DNA of 40,527 nt, from positions 1-40,527 of the IMG/VR virus record IMGVR_UViG_3300020045_009111. One strand, written 5' to 3'. A program made the translations under genes and the position numbers. Position 1 is the first letter of the stretch; each line of letters opens with the position of its first letter. A model generated the notes under the pieces. That model saw nothing but the letters and a program-made list of their open reading frames with translations. It did not search any database and was not told the DNA's origin. Shown here piece after piece: positions 1 to 7,719 of this stretch. The stretch is from a virus (Duplodnaviria > Caudoviricetes).

Positions 1-121
1 AAGTCGTTCTTATTAACCCTAAAGGCTCCCCAGGCAAATCAAGTTCTATGTTACCGGTAACAGGTGTTCCTGAAACTGTACCGCTTAAGGGTACATACCC
101 TTGTAAATCCTGCAATCTTAC
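1..121 (+). repeat. Terminal direct repeat, left copy (likely assembly overlap)
   Basis: aagtcgttct...gcaatcttac is identical to 40407-40527 and lies inside a coding sequence. Confidence 0.95.
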
Positions 122-802
122 AGCATCATCATCGACAATAGGCGCGCCAACGGACAAAGGACTGCCTATAACTGCCGTTGTGTTCGTAACTTTAAGATTG
201 TTGCTCAGTGTACCAATCACCGCTGAACCATCCTCTAAGGCGATATTTGAGTACGTAGCTCCGGTGCCGTGATTAATTAGTATATCTGAGTTTGTAGTTG
301 CGGCACTACCATTACTCAGTACTTCCTGCAAATCTTGACCGCCTATTAAGCTGTTTGCCTGTCCAAGTGTAACAAACTCGTTATTATGAATTGCAGGGAT
401 GCCCTGTGCACGGCTGTAAAACTTTGCAATAGTATCACTTACATAAAATGTATTCACACCATTTCCGGATATAATCGTTACACCTTGATTGTTCATTGAT
501 ATTTGTCCGCCTTGCCCATTCATTACTATCGGGTTTGCGGTTGTTGCTGTACTACCGTTATTTATTACTCCCTGAAGGGTGTTATCACCACCTGACCCAC
601 CACCTCCGACAAGCTGCACCAATTTAGCCCATGGCATTTGCACTATTTTTTTATCAGAATCACGCCTAAAAAGCGGCACCACTCCCGCGCTGTCTGTAAC
701 AGTAGCAGGTGTTGCAACTATAATAACAGGCCCCGGTAGTGTACTTTGAGAAAACGCCCCGGCCCATGCCAGCAGCATAAGTAATAATATTTTTGCTTTC
801 AT
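1..802 (-). CDS. N-terminal part of an ~814-aa tail-fibre-like protein with a signal peptide (continues at 40406 down to 38764)
   Basis: Not in the ORF track because it crosses the junction. Reads MKAKILLLMLLAWAGAFSQSTLPGP...DDDAVRLQDLQGYVPLSG with no stop and is in frame with 38764..40521. An alternative in-frame ATG at 817 adds MQKKS. Confidence 0.9.
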   Translation of the reverse strand, partial: MKAKILLLMLLAWAGAFSQSTLPGPVIIVATPATVTDSAGVVPLFRRDSDKKIVQMPWAKLVQLVGGGGSGGDNTLQGVINNGSTATTANPIVMNGQGGQISMNNQGVTIISGNGVNTFYVSDTIAKFYSRAQGIPAIHNNEFVTLGQANSLIGGQDLQEVLSNGSAATTNSDILINHGTGATYSNIALEDGSAVIGTLSNNLKVTNTTAVIGSPLSVGAPIVDDDAVRLQDLQGYVPLSGTVSGTPVTGNIELDLPGEPLGLIRTT

Positions 803-838
803 TGATTTTTTTTGCATACTTATTTATTGGTTAAAAAA

Positions 839-1231
839 TTAAGGTTCATATCCAGGTTCCCCCGGCAACGGATTTCTTAGAGAAATTAAAGGTGTATGGT
901 TTGCAGGGTCGTTTATGTCGGTGCCTGAAGTCCATCTGCTGATAACAAAAGTGCCATCGCTTTCAGCGCCTATGCATATATCTCCTAAAACGTCAAAACC
1001 ACTATAGTTAATAGTGGATGGTCCAGGTGTTGTTCCGGGCTTCCATCCCCTGCACAAAACCCTTTTTTGCCCGAATGGGACCGGCTCAATTGCCGGAGCA
1101 GGGGCGGGCGGCGCTGTTAGCTGGCTAGGGCTTATTTTATATGTAGTCCCGCCTATACTTATAGGTACGTCTCCCAAAGGGCTAACAGGCCCGACGTATG
1201 GCGGCAACGCTGATATTTTGGTATCGCTCAT
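839..1231 (-). CDS. Putative virion/tail-fibre-associated protein
   Basis: N-terminal KISALP motif typical of fibre and baseplate attachment proteins; lies between the baseplate genes and the fibre gene. Confidence 0.55.
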   Translation of the reverse strand: MSDTKISALPPYVGPVSPLGDVPISIGGTTYKISPSQLTAPPAPAPAIEPVPFGQKRVLCRGWKPGTTPGPSTINYSGFDVLGDICIGAESDGTFVISRWTSGTDINDPANHTPLISLRNPLPGEPGYEP

Positions 1232-1551
1232 GTTAAGAATCTATTATTTGCTTCTGTACTTAGAATATCACTGCTTTCTATTAGGAGATATGGCGTCCTG
1301 GCAGAGTTTGAATTTACCTTTAGTTCACCGGTGCAATACCTGTAATTTGCGGCCGCCGCTTCGTTGCTGAGGAACTCATCGTACACCAGGTCTGTATCGT
1401 AAACAAATGATTGGTTAGCGGTCGTTACCAGGTTCAGATCTGTAATATTATTGTCAAGTATGAATTTTGGCGTCAGGTTCAGGCTAAAATAGCACTGCAG
1501 CACAACATCAAAAAACGTACACCCTTCAGGGAAATTCTTAGATACTTGCAT
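1228..1551 (-). CDS. Baseplate protein, tail-X/LysM-like
   Basis: TFFDVVLQCY...ILDNNI pattern and position directly after a gp25-like gene. Confidence 0.55.
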   Translation of the reverse strand: MQVSKNFPEGCTFFDVVLQCYFSLNLTPKFILDNNITDLNLVTTANQSFVYDTDLVYDEFLSNEAAAANYRYCTGELKVNSNSARTPYLLIESSDILSTEANNRFLT

Positions 1552-1843
1552 TCGGGTAAATGTTTAGTTTTCCATCGGTGCCAAACTCAATAACAGGATT
1601 GTTTACAGTATATCCGTCCTTTTGCAATTCTACTTTTATTTTACGGGCCAGCTTAGCAGCTCCCCCGGCGCTTTTTGAGTAGTCGCCTATCCCTACCCCA
1701 TCGTTAGGGAATTCTTTCCACCACCCGGGGTAAGCGTTTATTGTATCGATAACGTGTTGCTGGTCGCTTTCACCTATGGCAAAATCGCCATTTACAAAAA
1801 GTAAATCGCCTGTATCATCCAGTTGTATATCCTGTCTTGCCAT
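1538..1843 (-). CDS. Baseplate wedge/sheath initiator, gpW/gp25-like
   Basis: DIQLDDTGDL..NGDF.IGESDQQH...GWWKEFP..GVGI motif; 101 aa; follows the spike gene. Confidence 0.7.
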   Translation of the reverse strand: MARQDIQLDDTGDLLFVNGDFAIGESDQQHVIDTINAYPGWWKEFPNDGVGIGDYSKSAGGAAKLARKIKVELQKDGYTVNNPVIEFGTDGKLNIYPNASI

Positions 1844-1854
1844 ATAATATTAAA

Positions 1855-2367
1855 TCATAATTCATAACTACCATGTGTTATATTAACATTCTCAATATCG
1901 CCCCTAACCGTGTTTTGCAGGGGTTGCGTTGGTACATCAACAGGGGGGCCCGCCGTTGCACCACTTACCGGCAAAGTTAATGTATTTAGCCTATTTATAA
2001 GTTCGTTTACCTTGTTTTCTAACAGGTTTATTTTTTGTGTAAGCTCAATTACTTTCACAAGACCGCCGTGCTCCCCGCCCAGGAAATTTATATCTGTTAT
2101 GTCTGAATATTGCACGATAACAGGCAGGATATATTTAGACATAAGCACGTATACTGTACTATCAACCTCGGGATACAACAAAATGCCGTCTCCTATAGCT
2201 GCCATTAAATTAGCATCAAAGGTTAGTGCCGTGTCACCTGAATCGGTTGTTACGGTAGCGGTACGATTTTCACCATCAACAGAAACTACCGTACACGTCA
2301 ACAGTCGTGTGGTATCGTGGTTACGGTTACCGGCTATTTCCTGTATCAACCTTACCAGTTCAGACAT
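1855..2367 (-). CDS. Baseplate central spike (gpV-like)
   Basis: OB-fold-like N-terminus (CTVVSVD...LYPEVDSTVYV) and GGEHGGLVKV motif; follows the hub gene. Confidence 0.7.
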   Translation of the reverse strand: MSELVRLIQEIAGNRNHDTTRLLTCTVVSVDGENRTATVTTDSGDTALTFDANLMAAIGDGILLYPEVDSTVYVLMSKYILPVIVQYSDITDINFLGGEHGGLVKVIELTQKINLLENKVNELINRLNTLTLPVSGATAGPPVDVPTQPLQNTVRGDIENVNITHGSYEL

Positions 2368-3541
2368 TTAACTTATAATCAAGGGTTATTTTTTGGCGCA
2401 GGCCACCTACACCGCCGCTGTATTCTACAGCTTTTATTTTATACAGTCCGTCCTGCTCAGGCAGCAATTTATTTACCAGCTGGGCATTGTCTCCGAAAAC
2501 CACATAAGGAAAACCGAATGTAGTGAACGAACCTTTAAAGCCGGAATAGTAGTATTTTTTAAGCTCTTCGGTCGCAAGCTGCGTAAGCTCTGCTTCTGTT
2601 TTTGCAAAAGGAAAAGTAAAGGTACGGCGCTCACCTTCAACATTAGGATCAGCTTTATCGCCGCTTTTTACCACCTTTGAAATTACCTTGTCGTTTTTTA
2701 TGGTAACAAGTACCTCTATGCGGGTGTTTTTTGTTTTGGCCTTGCCGTCCTTTGTAGTTTTTCCCGTGGCAACTTCTATATGGTTACTGGCAACAGCTGA
2801 CAATACTACATCATCCTTTCGGTTATATTTCAGGTCGCTATACTCAATAATGTTTTCCTGGAAATTGAATATTTTTGTTTTCGCTTCGCTTTCAATATAG
2901 ACCTTTGAACCTATGCGTAATTCGCTACCACGAAAATACGAGTACAGAAAATAATCTTTTCGTAGCCTTGCCAAGAATTGCGCTACTGTTTCGTTGTTTA
3001 CAGATAACAGTTGGTTATCAAAGGTAATTGTGGTATCTGTAAGGTAGTTTACTGTAAATTGTGTACCTGCCAACGCTTCAGTAAAAATTTTTTCAAGTGA
3101 CGTGCCCAATTTAAATACCTGGTTTTTCATAGGTATTTGTTTTAGCTGCCACATATTGTTTTCAATCTCCAGTTCTATAGGCATTCCGGTACCCACCTTT
3201 GACACGTAACCGCTAAAAATTTCTACAGTGGGGGTGTCTTTTTGGTTTATATTTTCATCCCAATAAATATACTTCTGCTCTATAGTGATTTTATCGCCAC
3301 GCTTTATTATCGGTTCAGAGTTAAAGCCCCCTACGTTTTTATTTACACCAAACAGCGGGAACCTTCTTAAGGTAACCGCATCTGTAACGTGAATATTTTT
3401 TGGAAGCACTAATTTTCCGGTTCCGGTTAGTTTATCCCAGCTGTCCTTGAAGTTGTAGTCATTCACGAAGTCAACGAAGAGTTTACGGGAACGCCCCGCG
3501 CCTTGCTGCTCGAATGTGATGTATACTACTGGTTTTAACAT
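2360..3541 (-). CDS. Baseplate hub (gpD/late control D-like)
   Basis: 393 aa with SWDKLT..KLVLPK, IFSGYVSKV and GFKGSFTTFG.P motifs; lies between the tube-initiator-like gene and the spike gene. Confidence 0.75.
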   Translation of the reverse strand: MLKPVVYITFEQQGAGRSRKLFVDFVNDYNFKDSWDKLTGTGKLVLPKNIHVTDAVTLRRFPLFGVNKNVGGFNSEPIIKRGDKITIEQKYIYWDENINQKDTPTVEIFSGYVSKVGTGMPIELEIENNMWQLKQIPMKNQVFKLGTSLEKIFTEALAGTQFTVNYLTDTTITFDNQLLSVNNETVAQFLARLRKDYFLYSYFRGSELRIGSKVYIESEAKTKIFNFQENIIEYSDLKYNRKDDVVLSAVASNHIEVATGKTTKDGKAKTKNTRIEVLVTIKNDKVISKVVKSGDKADPNVEGERRTFTFPFAKTEAELTQLATEELKKYYYSGFKGSFTTFGFPYVVFGDNAQLVNKLLPEQDGLYKIKAVEYSGGVGGLRQKITLDYKLNV

Positions 3542-3545
3542 TTCG

Positions 3546-3631
3546 TAAAAATATTAAAATTTTAATAAAATTAATTTGTCAATTAAAAACTTAATATTAC
3601 ATTTGCAGGACAACATTTAAATAATTTTATT
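3546..3631. promoter_or_regulatory. Back-to-back promoter unit 1
   Basis: Plus strand: TTTG 3575-3578, 19-nt spacer, TACATTTG 3598-3605. Minus strand: TATTTTTA (3553-3546) 4 nt before the ATG of 2360..3541. Confidence 0.8.
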
Positions 3632-3931
3632 ATAGAGTACACTAAGGAATATTTTATCAAAAAATTTGAGGCTATACCAGAACATCTTTACACTACAGGT
3701 GACCTCACAAAGCCAGGAGATCCAGATTGCCATTGCGCTCTAGGTCATTGTGGTGTTCTGAGGGATTATAAATTGACCGATGAGGCTAAAGCCCTTTCTG
3801 ATATATTAAGACCTGTTACGGATACAGAAGCTACTGATTCTGAAGTTATCTATATGATAAACGACAACAGGAATGACCTAGGCTCAACCCCAAAAGAAAG
3901 AATACTTAACGCTTTAAAATCTTTGCCGTAA
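3632..3931 (+). CDS. Island-1 protein (99 aa) with an ATA in place of a start ATG; possibly a start-codon mutant
   Basis: Open frame (I)EYTKEYFIKKFEAIPEHLYTTGDLTKPGDPDCHCALGHCG...ERILNALKSLP; its stop overlaps the next ATG (TAATG). The ATA sits where the sibling leader at 13645 has ATG. Confidence 0.75.
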   Translation: MEYTKEYFIKKFEAIPEHLYTTGDLTKPGDPDCHCALGHCGVLRDYKLTDEAKALSDILRPVTDTEATDSEVIYMINDNRNDLGSTPKERILNALKSLP

Positions 3932-4215
3932 TGCCACAAACAAAACACACACCGGGGCCGTGGAAGTATTACAATCATGAGCCCCACCAAGTAACAGGAA
4001 CTCTAAAAGGCGTAGGCATAGCTGGGCCAGGACATGAAATAGGCGTCGCTTATGGATGGTCTAAAGATGAAGCGATAGCCAACGCTAAACTAATAGCAGC
4101 AGCACCCGAAATGCTTGAAGCGCTGGAGGATTTTTTAATACTACAGGGTACCGGTACCGATATGGGCGCGTTTGCCGAAAGGGTGAAAGGTTTAATTAAT
4201 AAAGCTACTGAGTGA
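3931..4215 (+). CDS. Island-1 conserved small phage protein
   Basis: KHTPGPW...ANAKLIAAAPEMLEAL motifs, which I recognise as widespread in phage early proteins; function unknown. Confidence 0.8.
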   Translation: MPQTKHTPGPWKYYNHEPHQVTGTLKGVGIAGPGHEIGVAYGWSKDEAIANAKLIAAAPEMLEALEDFLILQGTGTDMGAFAERVKGLINKATE

Positions 4216-4385
4216 TGACGAATACAGAATTAATGCTGGCATGTTTTGTTTGTTTCAGCTTTGCTTTTTCTTTCGTAACCTTCTTTATGGGCTATGGTAG
4301 GGGGTATAAGGATGCTAAAATACAAAAAATGCAATCAAAGTACACTCAGAGACAAATACAGAGGCATCTTCAGAAATTTCTTTAA
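4215..4385 (+). CDS. Island-1 small membrane protein (56 aa)
   Basis: MTNTELMLACFVCFSFAFSFVTFFMGYGRGYKDAK...; TGATG coupling to the upstream gene; one hydrophobic segment and a basic tail. Confidence 0.65.
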   Translation: MTNTELMLACFVCFSFAFSFVTFFMGYGRGYKDAKIQKMQSKYTQRQIQRHLQKFL

Positions 4386-5012
4386 CTATTGTCCAGTAAT
4401 AAGCGCCTCAACAATTTTGTCAGACTGCATATTTATGGTAAAGTATTGGGTGCTATATTCGCCCTCTGCCTGCCCGAAATCAAAATCCTTCACTATTACA
4501 TCTGTAATATCGAGGTTTTGCAAATACCATGAGGATATTGCCAGTGGCTGCCCTAAATCAAGTATTTTTTTTAGGGTAGCTACTAATTCTTTTTCATACA
4601 CATTATAGGCTCCTGTTATGCGTCCGGTAACCTGTATCTGGAAAGCGTCCAGCCCGATATACTCAACAACAGGGTTATCCTTGCCCATTATTTCAGTCTG
4701 TACAATCCTTTTTGATTGCGTAACCATAAACAGCGCATCATCAATACGGAAATCTTCCCACGCAAAACCGGTATTGGGGTCCGTTCCGGCGTTTATTATC
4801 ATATTGCTATACACGACCGTACCAAGCTTAGAAATAAATTTCGGCTCCGGCACGTCCTGCGCGGCACCCTCCTGTATTATATACGGGTTATTCTGGGCCT
4901 CAATAACCTTTAAATTCTGAAGGCCGGCAAATGTAGCAAGGCCAAAAGCCGCTTCGCTAATGGCATCGTTTACTTTAAGCTGGTTTATTTTTGGTATAGT
5001 GTAATCTTGCAT
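4386..5012 (-). CDS. Tail tube initiator-like protein (DUF6046-like)
   Basis: TQSKRIVQTEIMG...VVEYI..D.FQIQVTG motif; directly downstream of the tape measure gene. Confidence 0.7.
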   Translation of the reverse strand: MQDYTIPKINQLKVNDAISEAAFGLATFAGLQNLKVIEAQNNPYIIQEGAAQDVPEPKFISKLGTVVYSNMIINAGTDPNTGFAWEDFRIDDALFMVTQSKRIVQTEIMGKDNPVVEYIGLDAFQIQVTGRITGAYNVYEKELVATLKKILDLGQPLAISSWYLQNLDITDVIVKDFDFGQAEGEYSTQYFTINMQSDKIVEALITGQ

Positions 5013-6772
5013 TATCCTTCCCCCGCAACAATCTGACTATCATTAACAGCTGATGTTAAAGCCTGGATCACCATTTTTTTAATGGCCTCCGGGCTTTCAT
5101 TTACACTAACTGTTTTGATTGAAAAATCATTTATTAAGTTATTAATTTTTACGTTTATGGTTACTACTTTAGGGCCTGAAACGCCCTTAGTATTGTCTTT
5201 ACCCGGGGTTCCCGGCATTCCTTGTATTCCCGGGCCTTTTTTAACAGGGGCCCGCAGCTTACCAAGCAAATCAGACTGTTCTTTATCGGTTATGTAACCA
5301 GAAGATACTTGTTTTGCTAAATCTCTTTTTATAGAGGCTGTAAGATTTAAAGCGTGTTGTATTGATTTGTCGGTATTTTTGTCAACTTCAGCGTTTATTT
5401 TATCTATAACGCTTGTTGCGCTCTCTAGGTACTTATCATGCCTAAAACTTTTTTGGCCGCTTTCATACCCCGATTCCGCTGCATCTTTTATGCGCTTTCC
5501 TGAGCTTATGACAAGATCTGTCATATCATCGAAGCCCTTGGAAATTTGATCGAGATCCAGGGTAAACACCCCTATCACGATATCGCCTAACGCCTTGAAT
5601 CCGTCAGCCCATATACCTACGTACGCCTTTATTACGTTCCATGCAGCCTGCATCACGCCGCGTATAGCCCCAAACTTCATATACAGATAGGTAAGCCCGG
5701 CAACTACGGCCGCGGCACCAAGCACCATCCATACAAAAGGGTTGACAGCATTTAGCAGCGCCATAACCCCGGCAAGCACTATGCCCCCCGCAGAAGCCCC
5801 AGCCTCGGCCGCTATCATTCCCGCTAAAGCCACCTCATAATACAGGGCGCTTGTAGCCGCAAAACCTGTCCATAAGGCAACGGCTTTTTGCCAAGTAACA
5901 AATAGTATGGTAGCAGTTACTACTGTGCCTATAGCGGCTCCCAGCGCGGTAGCAGCGGCGGCATTGTTGTTTGTCCAGTCTAGTAAACCCTGAGCAACAC
6001 CAATAAAGCCCATCGAGGCATCTATAAGGGAATCGATAAGAGGTTTTGTAGCGACAAAAATATTATTGAAGAGTTGAAAAACAGCATCACCTACAGCCGA
6101 AATTTTAACGCTGGTATTCCCTGCCATGTTTTCAAGTCCGTTGTAGTATATACCTCCTTTTTCGTGCGCTTTTTGCAGAGCTATGGTTAGTAAGTCGTAA
6201 CTTACCTCCATTTCCTTTACCTTAGATATAGGCTGCCCGGTAGCGTCTGCCAGTACTTTGTAAATGTTTATACCCGCAAAAGCAAATTGCTTAATATCCA
6301 TTGCGGTAGCTTTGCCCGTGTTGGATATTTGTTGCATGTTTACAACCATGCGTTGCAACTCATTGTCGCCGCCACCTGTTGCCGCGATAGCGTTAGCCAG
6401 GTTTAAAACGTCTGTTCTCGCCCTGCCAGCTTCTACGCCTGCGCCTATTAGGGCTTTGTTAGCAGACAGCAACCCCTCAAATGCAAAGGGTGTGGCTGAG
6501 GCATCTTCCATTGTATTTTTTACAACGTTTGTCGCTTCTGCAGAGCTACCTAGCAAAGTTGTTAATCCGGTTAATGCATTCTCTACAGTCGTGCCGGCGT
6601 CAAGCACTTTATTTGCGAAATTAGTAACCGCATATATAGAAAATGCACTAACTATAGCAGTACCAAGATTTCCCATGGTGCTTTCAAGGGCCCGGGCGTT
6701 GCTGTCCATAGTCCTTAACTGAGGGCTTAGCAAGTCCTGCGCGCTTACCGTATATCTTACCTGGTTATCCAT
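5012..6772 (-). CDS. Tape measure protein
   Basis: 586 aa, Ala-rich; tape-measure N-domain motifs (TTLLGS.AEA, ATPF, NAIAATGG, QISNTGKA..MDIKQF); central hydrophobic helices; follows the tail chaperone. Confidence 0.92.
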   Translation of the reverse strand: MDNQVRYTVSAQDLLSPQLRTMDSNARALESTMGNLGTAIVSAFSIYAVTNFANKVLDAGTTVENALTGLTTLLGSSAEATNVVKNTMEDASATPFAFEGLLSANKALIGAGVEAGRARTDVLNLANAIAATGGGDNELQRMVVNMQQISNTGKATAMDIKQFAFAGINIYKVLADATGQPISKVKEMEVSYDLLTIALQKAHEKGGIYYNGLENMAGNTSVKISAVGDAVFQLFNNIFVATKPLIDSLIDASMGFIGVAQGLLDWTNNNAAAATALGAAIGTVVTATILFVTWQKAVALWTGFAATSALYYEVALAGMIAAEAGASAGGIVLAGVMALLNAVNPFVWMVLGAAAVVAGLTYLYMKFGAIRGVMQAAWNVIKAYVGIWADGFKALGDIVIGVFTLDLDQISKGFDDMTDLVISSGKRIKDAAESGYESGQKSFRHDKYLESATSVIDKINAEVDKNTDKSIQHALNLTASIKRDLAKQVSSGYITDKEQSDLLGKLRAPVKKGPGIQGMPGTPGKDNTKGVSGPKVVTINVKINNLINDFSIKTVSVNESPEAIKKMVIQALTSAVNDSQIVAGEG

Positions 6773-6947
6773 TTCTGTATTGTCCTGTTTTCTCTAATGC
6801 AAATTGGAGTTGCCCCCATTTTTTAGCTAATTGATCATCCGGCATATTATCAAAGTCTACCATAAAATTAGAGTAGTAACAAAGCAAAGCAATCATCTTG
6901 CTTTCTTCACTACTACTCTCAGTAATTTTATGGTCTTCTACTTTTTT
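6765..6947 (-). CDS. -1 frameshift extension of the tail assembly chaperone (G-T type)
   Basis: Slippery A AAA AAG at 6947-6941 immediately before TAG. The -1 frame reads KKVEDHKITESSSEESKMIALLCYYSNF...KWGQLQFALEKTGQYRNG and stops at 6765. Confidence 0.85.
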   Translation of the reverse strand, partial: KKVEDHKITESSSEESKMIALLCYYSNFMVDFDNMPDDQLAKKWGQLQFALEKTGQYRNG

Positions 6948-7294
6948 GCGAACTGGTTCACGGCCATTTGTACCGTGTCGAACGCGGCCTTTGCAGCCCC
7001 TATGTAAAATACGTCTTCTGCAATAATCCTTGGATCTGAATCTTCAGCAATCAAAACAGAATCGAGCAACTCCCCGGCAGCTGTGAAAGCACCACTAACG
7101 GCCTTATCCATAACGCGAAGTTTTACAATCCTGGAAGGTTCTTTTATGTAGCCTACTACATATTCAGTACTTTCTTCTGATATTTTAAATACTAAGGGGG
7201 TCACTTTGCAGCCGTGTTTTTGTGATAGTTCGGCTGCTTTTAATTCTGCTTCTTCAAATACCGGGTCTGGTTTTTTATCTTCTTGTTTTGTCAT
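6938..7294 (-). CDS. Tail assembly chaperone (118 aa)
   Basis: Lies between the tube and tape measure genes; probable start MTKQEDKK at 7294, just after the tube stop; ends in a slippery site. Confidence 0.85.
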   Translation of the reverse strand: MTKQEDKKPDPVFEEAELKAAELSQKHGCKVTPLVFKISEESTEYVVGYIKEPSRIVKLRVMDKAVSGAFTAAGELLDSVLIAEDSDPRIIAEDVFYIGAAKAAFDTVQMAVNQFAKK

Positions 7295-7296
7295 TT

Positions 7297-7716
7297 TTAT
7301 CTTTTTATACCGCCAATTACCAGCGGCAATGTTACTAATAGTTTTGTGTCGCCCTGGGCAGCAGTTAAGCCCTCTTCTGTAAATTCGCAAGCCAAAAGAA
7401 CATCCTGCGCAACCTGAACACCTACGCCTGTTTCAAACAAAACAGTAATGTCAAAAGGCGGTATAGCCATAGCATCACGATTTGGTGCTGCATTTATTAT
7501 ACGCTTCAGTTCGTCGGTGTAAAGTTCAATGCTCCCCTCGTACTCCTTATTACCATAACCACGGGAAACAGGCTCGTACCCGGCCCCGTAGTTATTATCT
7601 TTTTTCTGCTTGGTTTTGTACTCAATTTTAGTGATGCCAACAACCGGCACGCCAAAAAGTATGACTTTTATGTTAGCCCATGAGTAGTTTACTCCGTTTA
7701 TTAGTGGTGTTGCCAT
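7297..7716 (-). CDS. Tail tube protein
   Basis: INGVNYSWANI...GITKIEYK...YGAG.EPVSRGYGN.EYEGSI motifs; follows the sheath gene. Confidence 0.85.
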   Translation of the reverse strand: MATPLINGVNYSWANIKVILFGVPVVGITKIEYKTKQKKDNNYGAGYEPVSRGYGNKEYEGSIELYTDELKRIINAAPNRDAMAIPPFDITVLFETGVGVQVAQDVLLACEFTEEGLTAAQGDTKLLVTLPLVIGGIKR

Positions 7717-7719
7717 GTT

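Noticed and set aside
4294-4608. 104-aa plus-strand ORF as the third island-1 gene
   Set aside because: It overlaps the tail gene by more than 200 nt; the coupled 4215..4385 ORF fits the space exactly.
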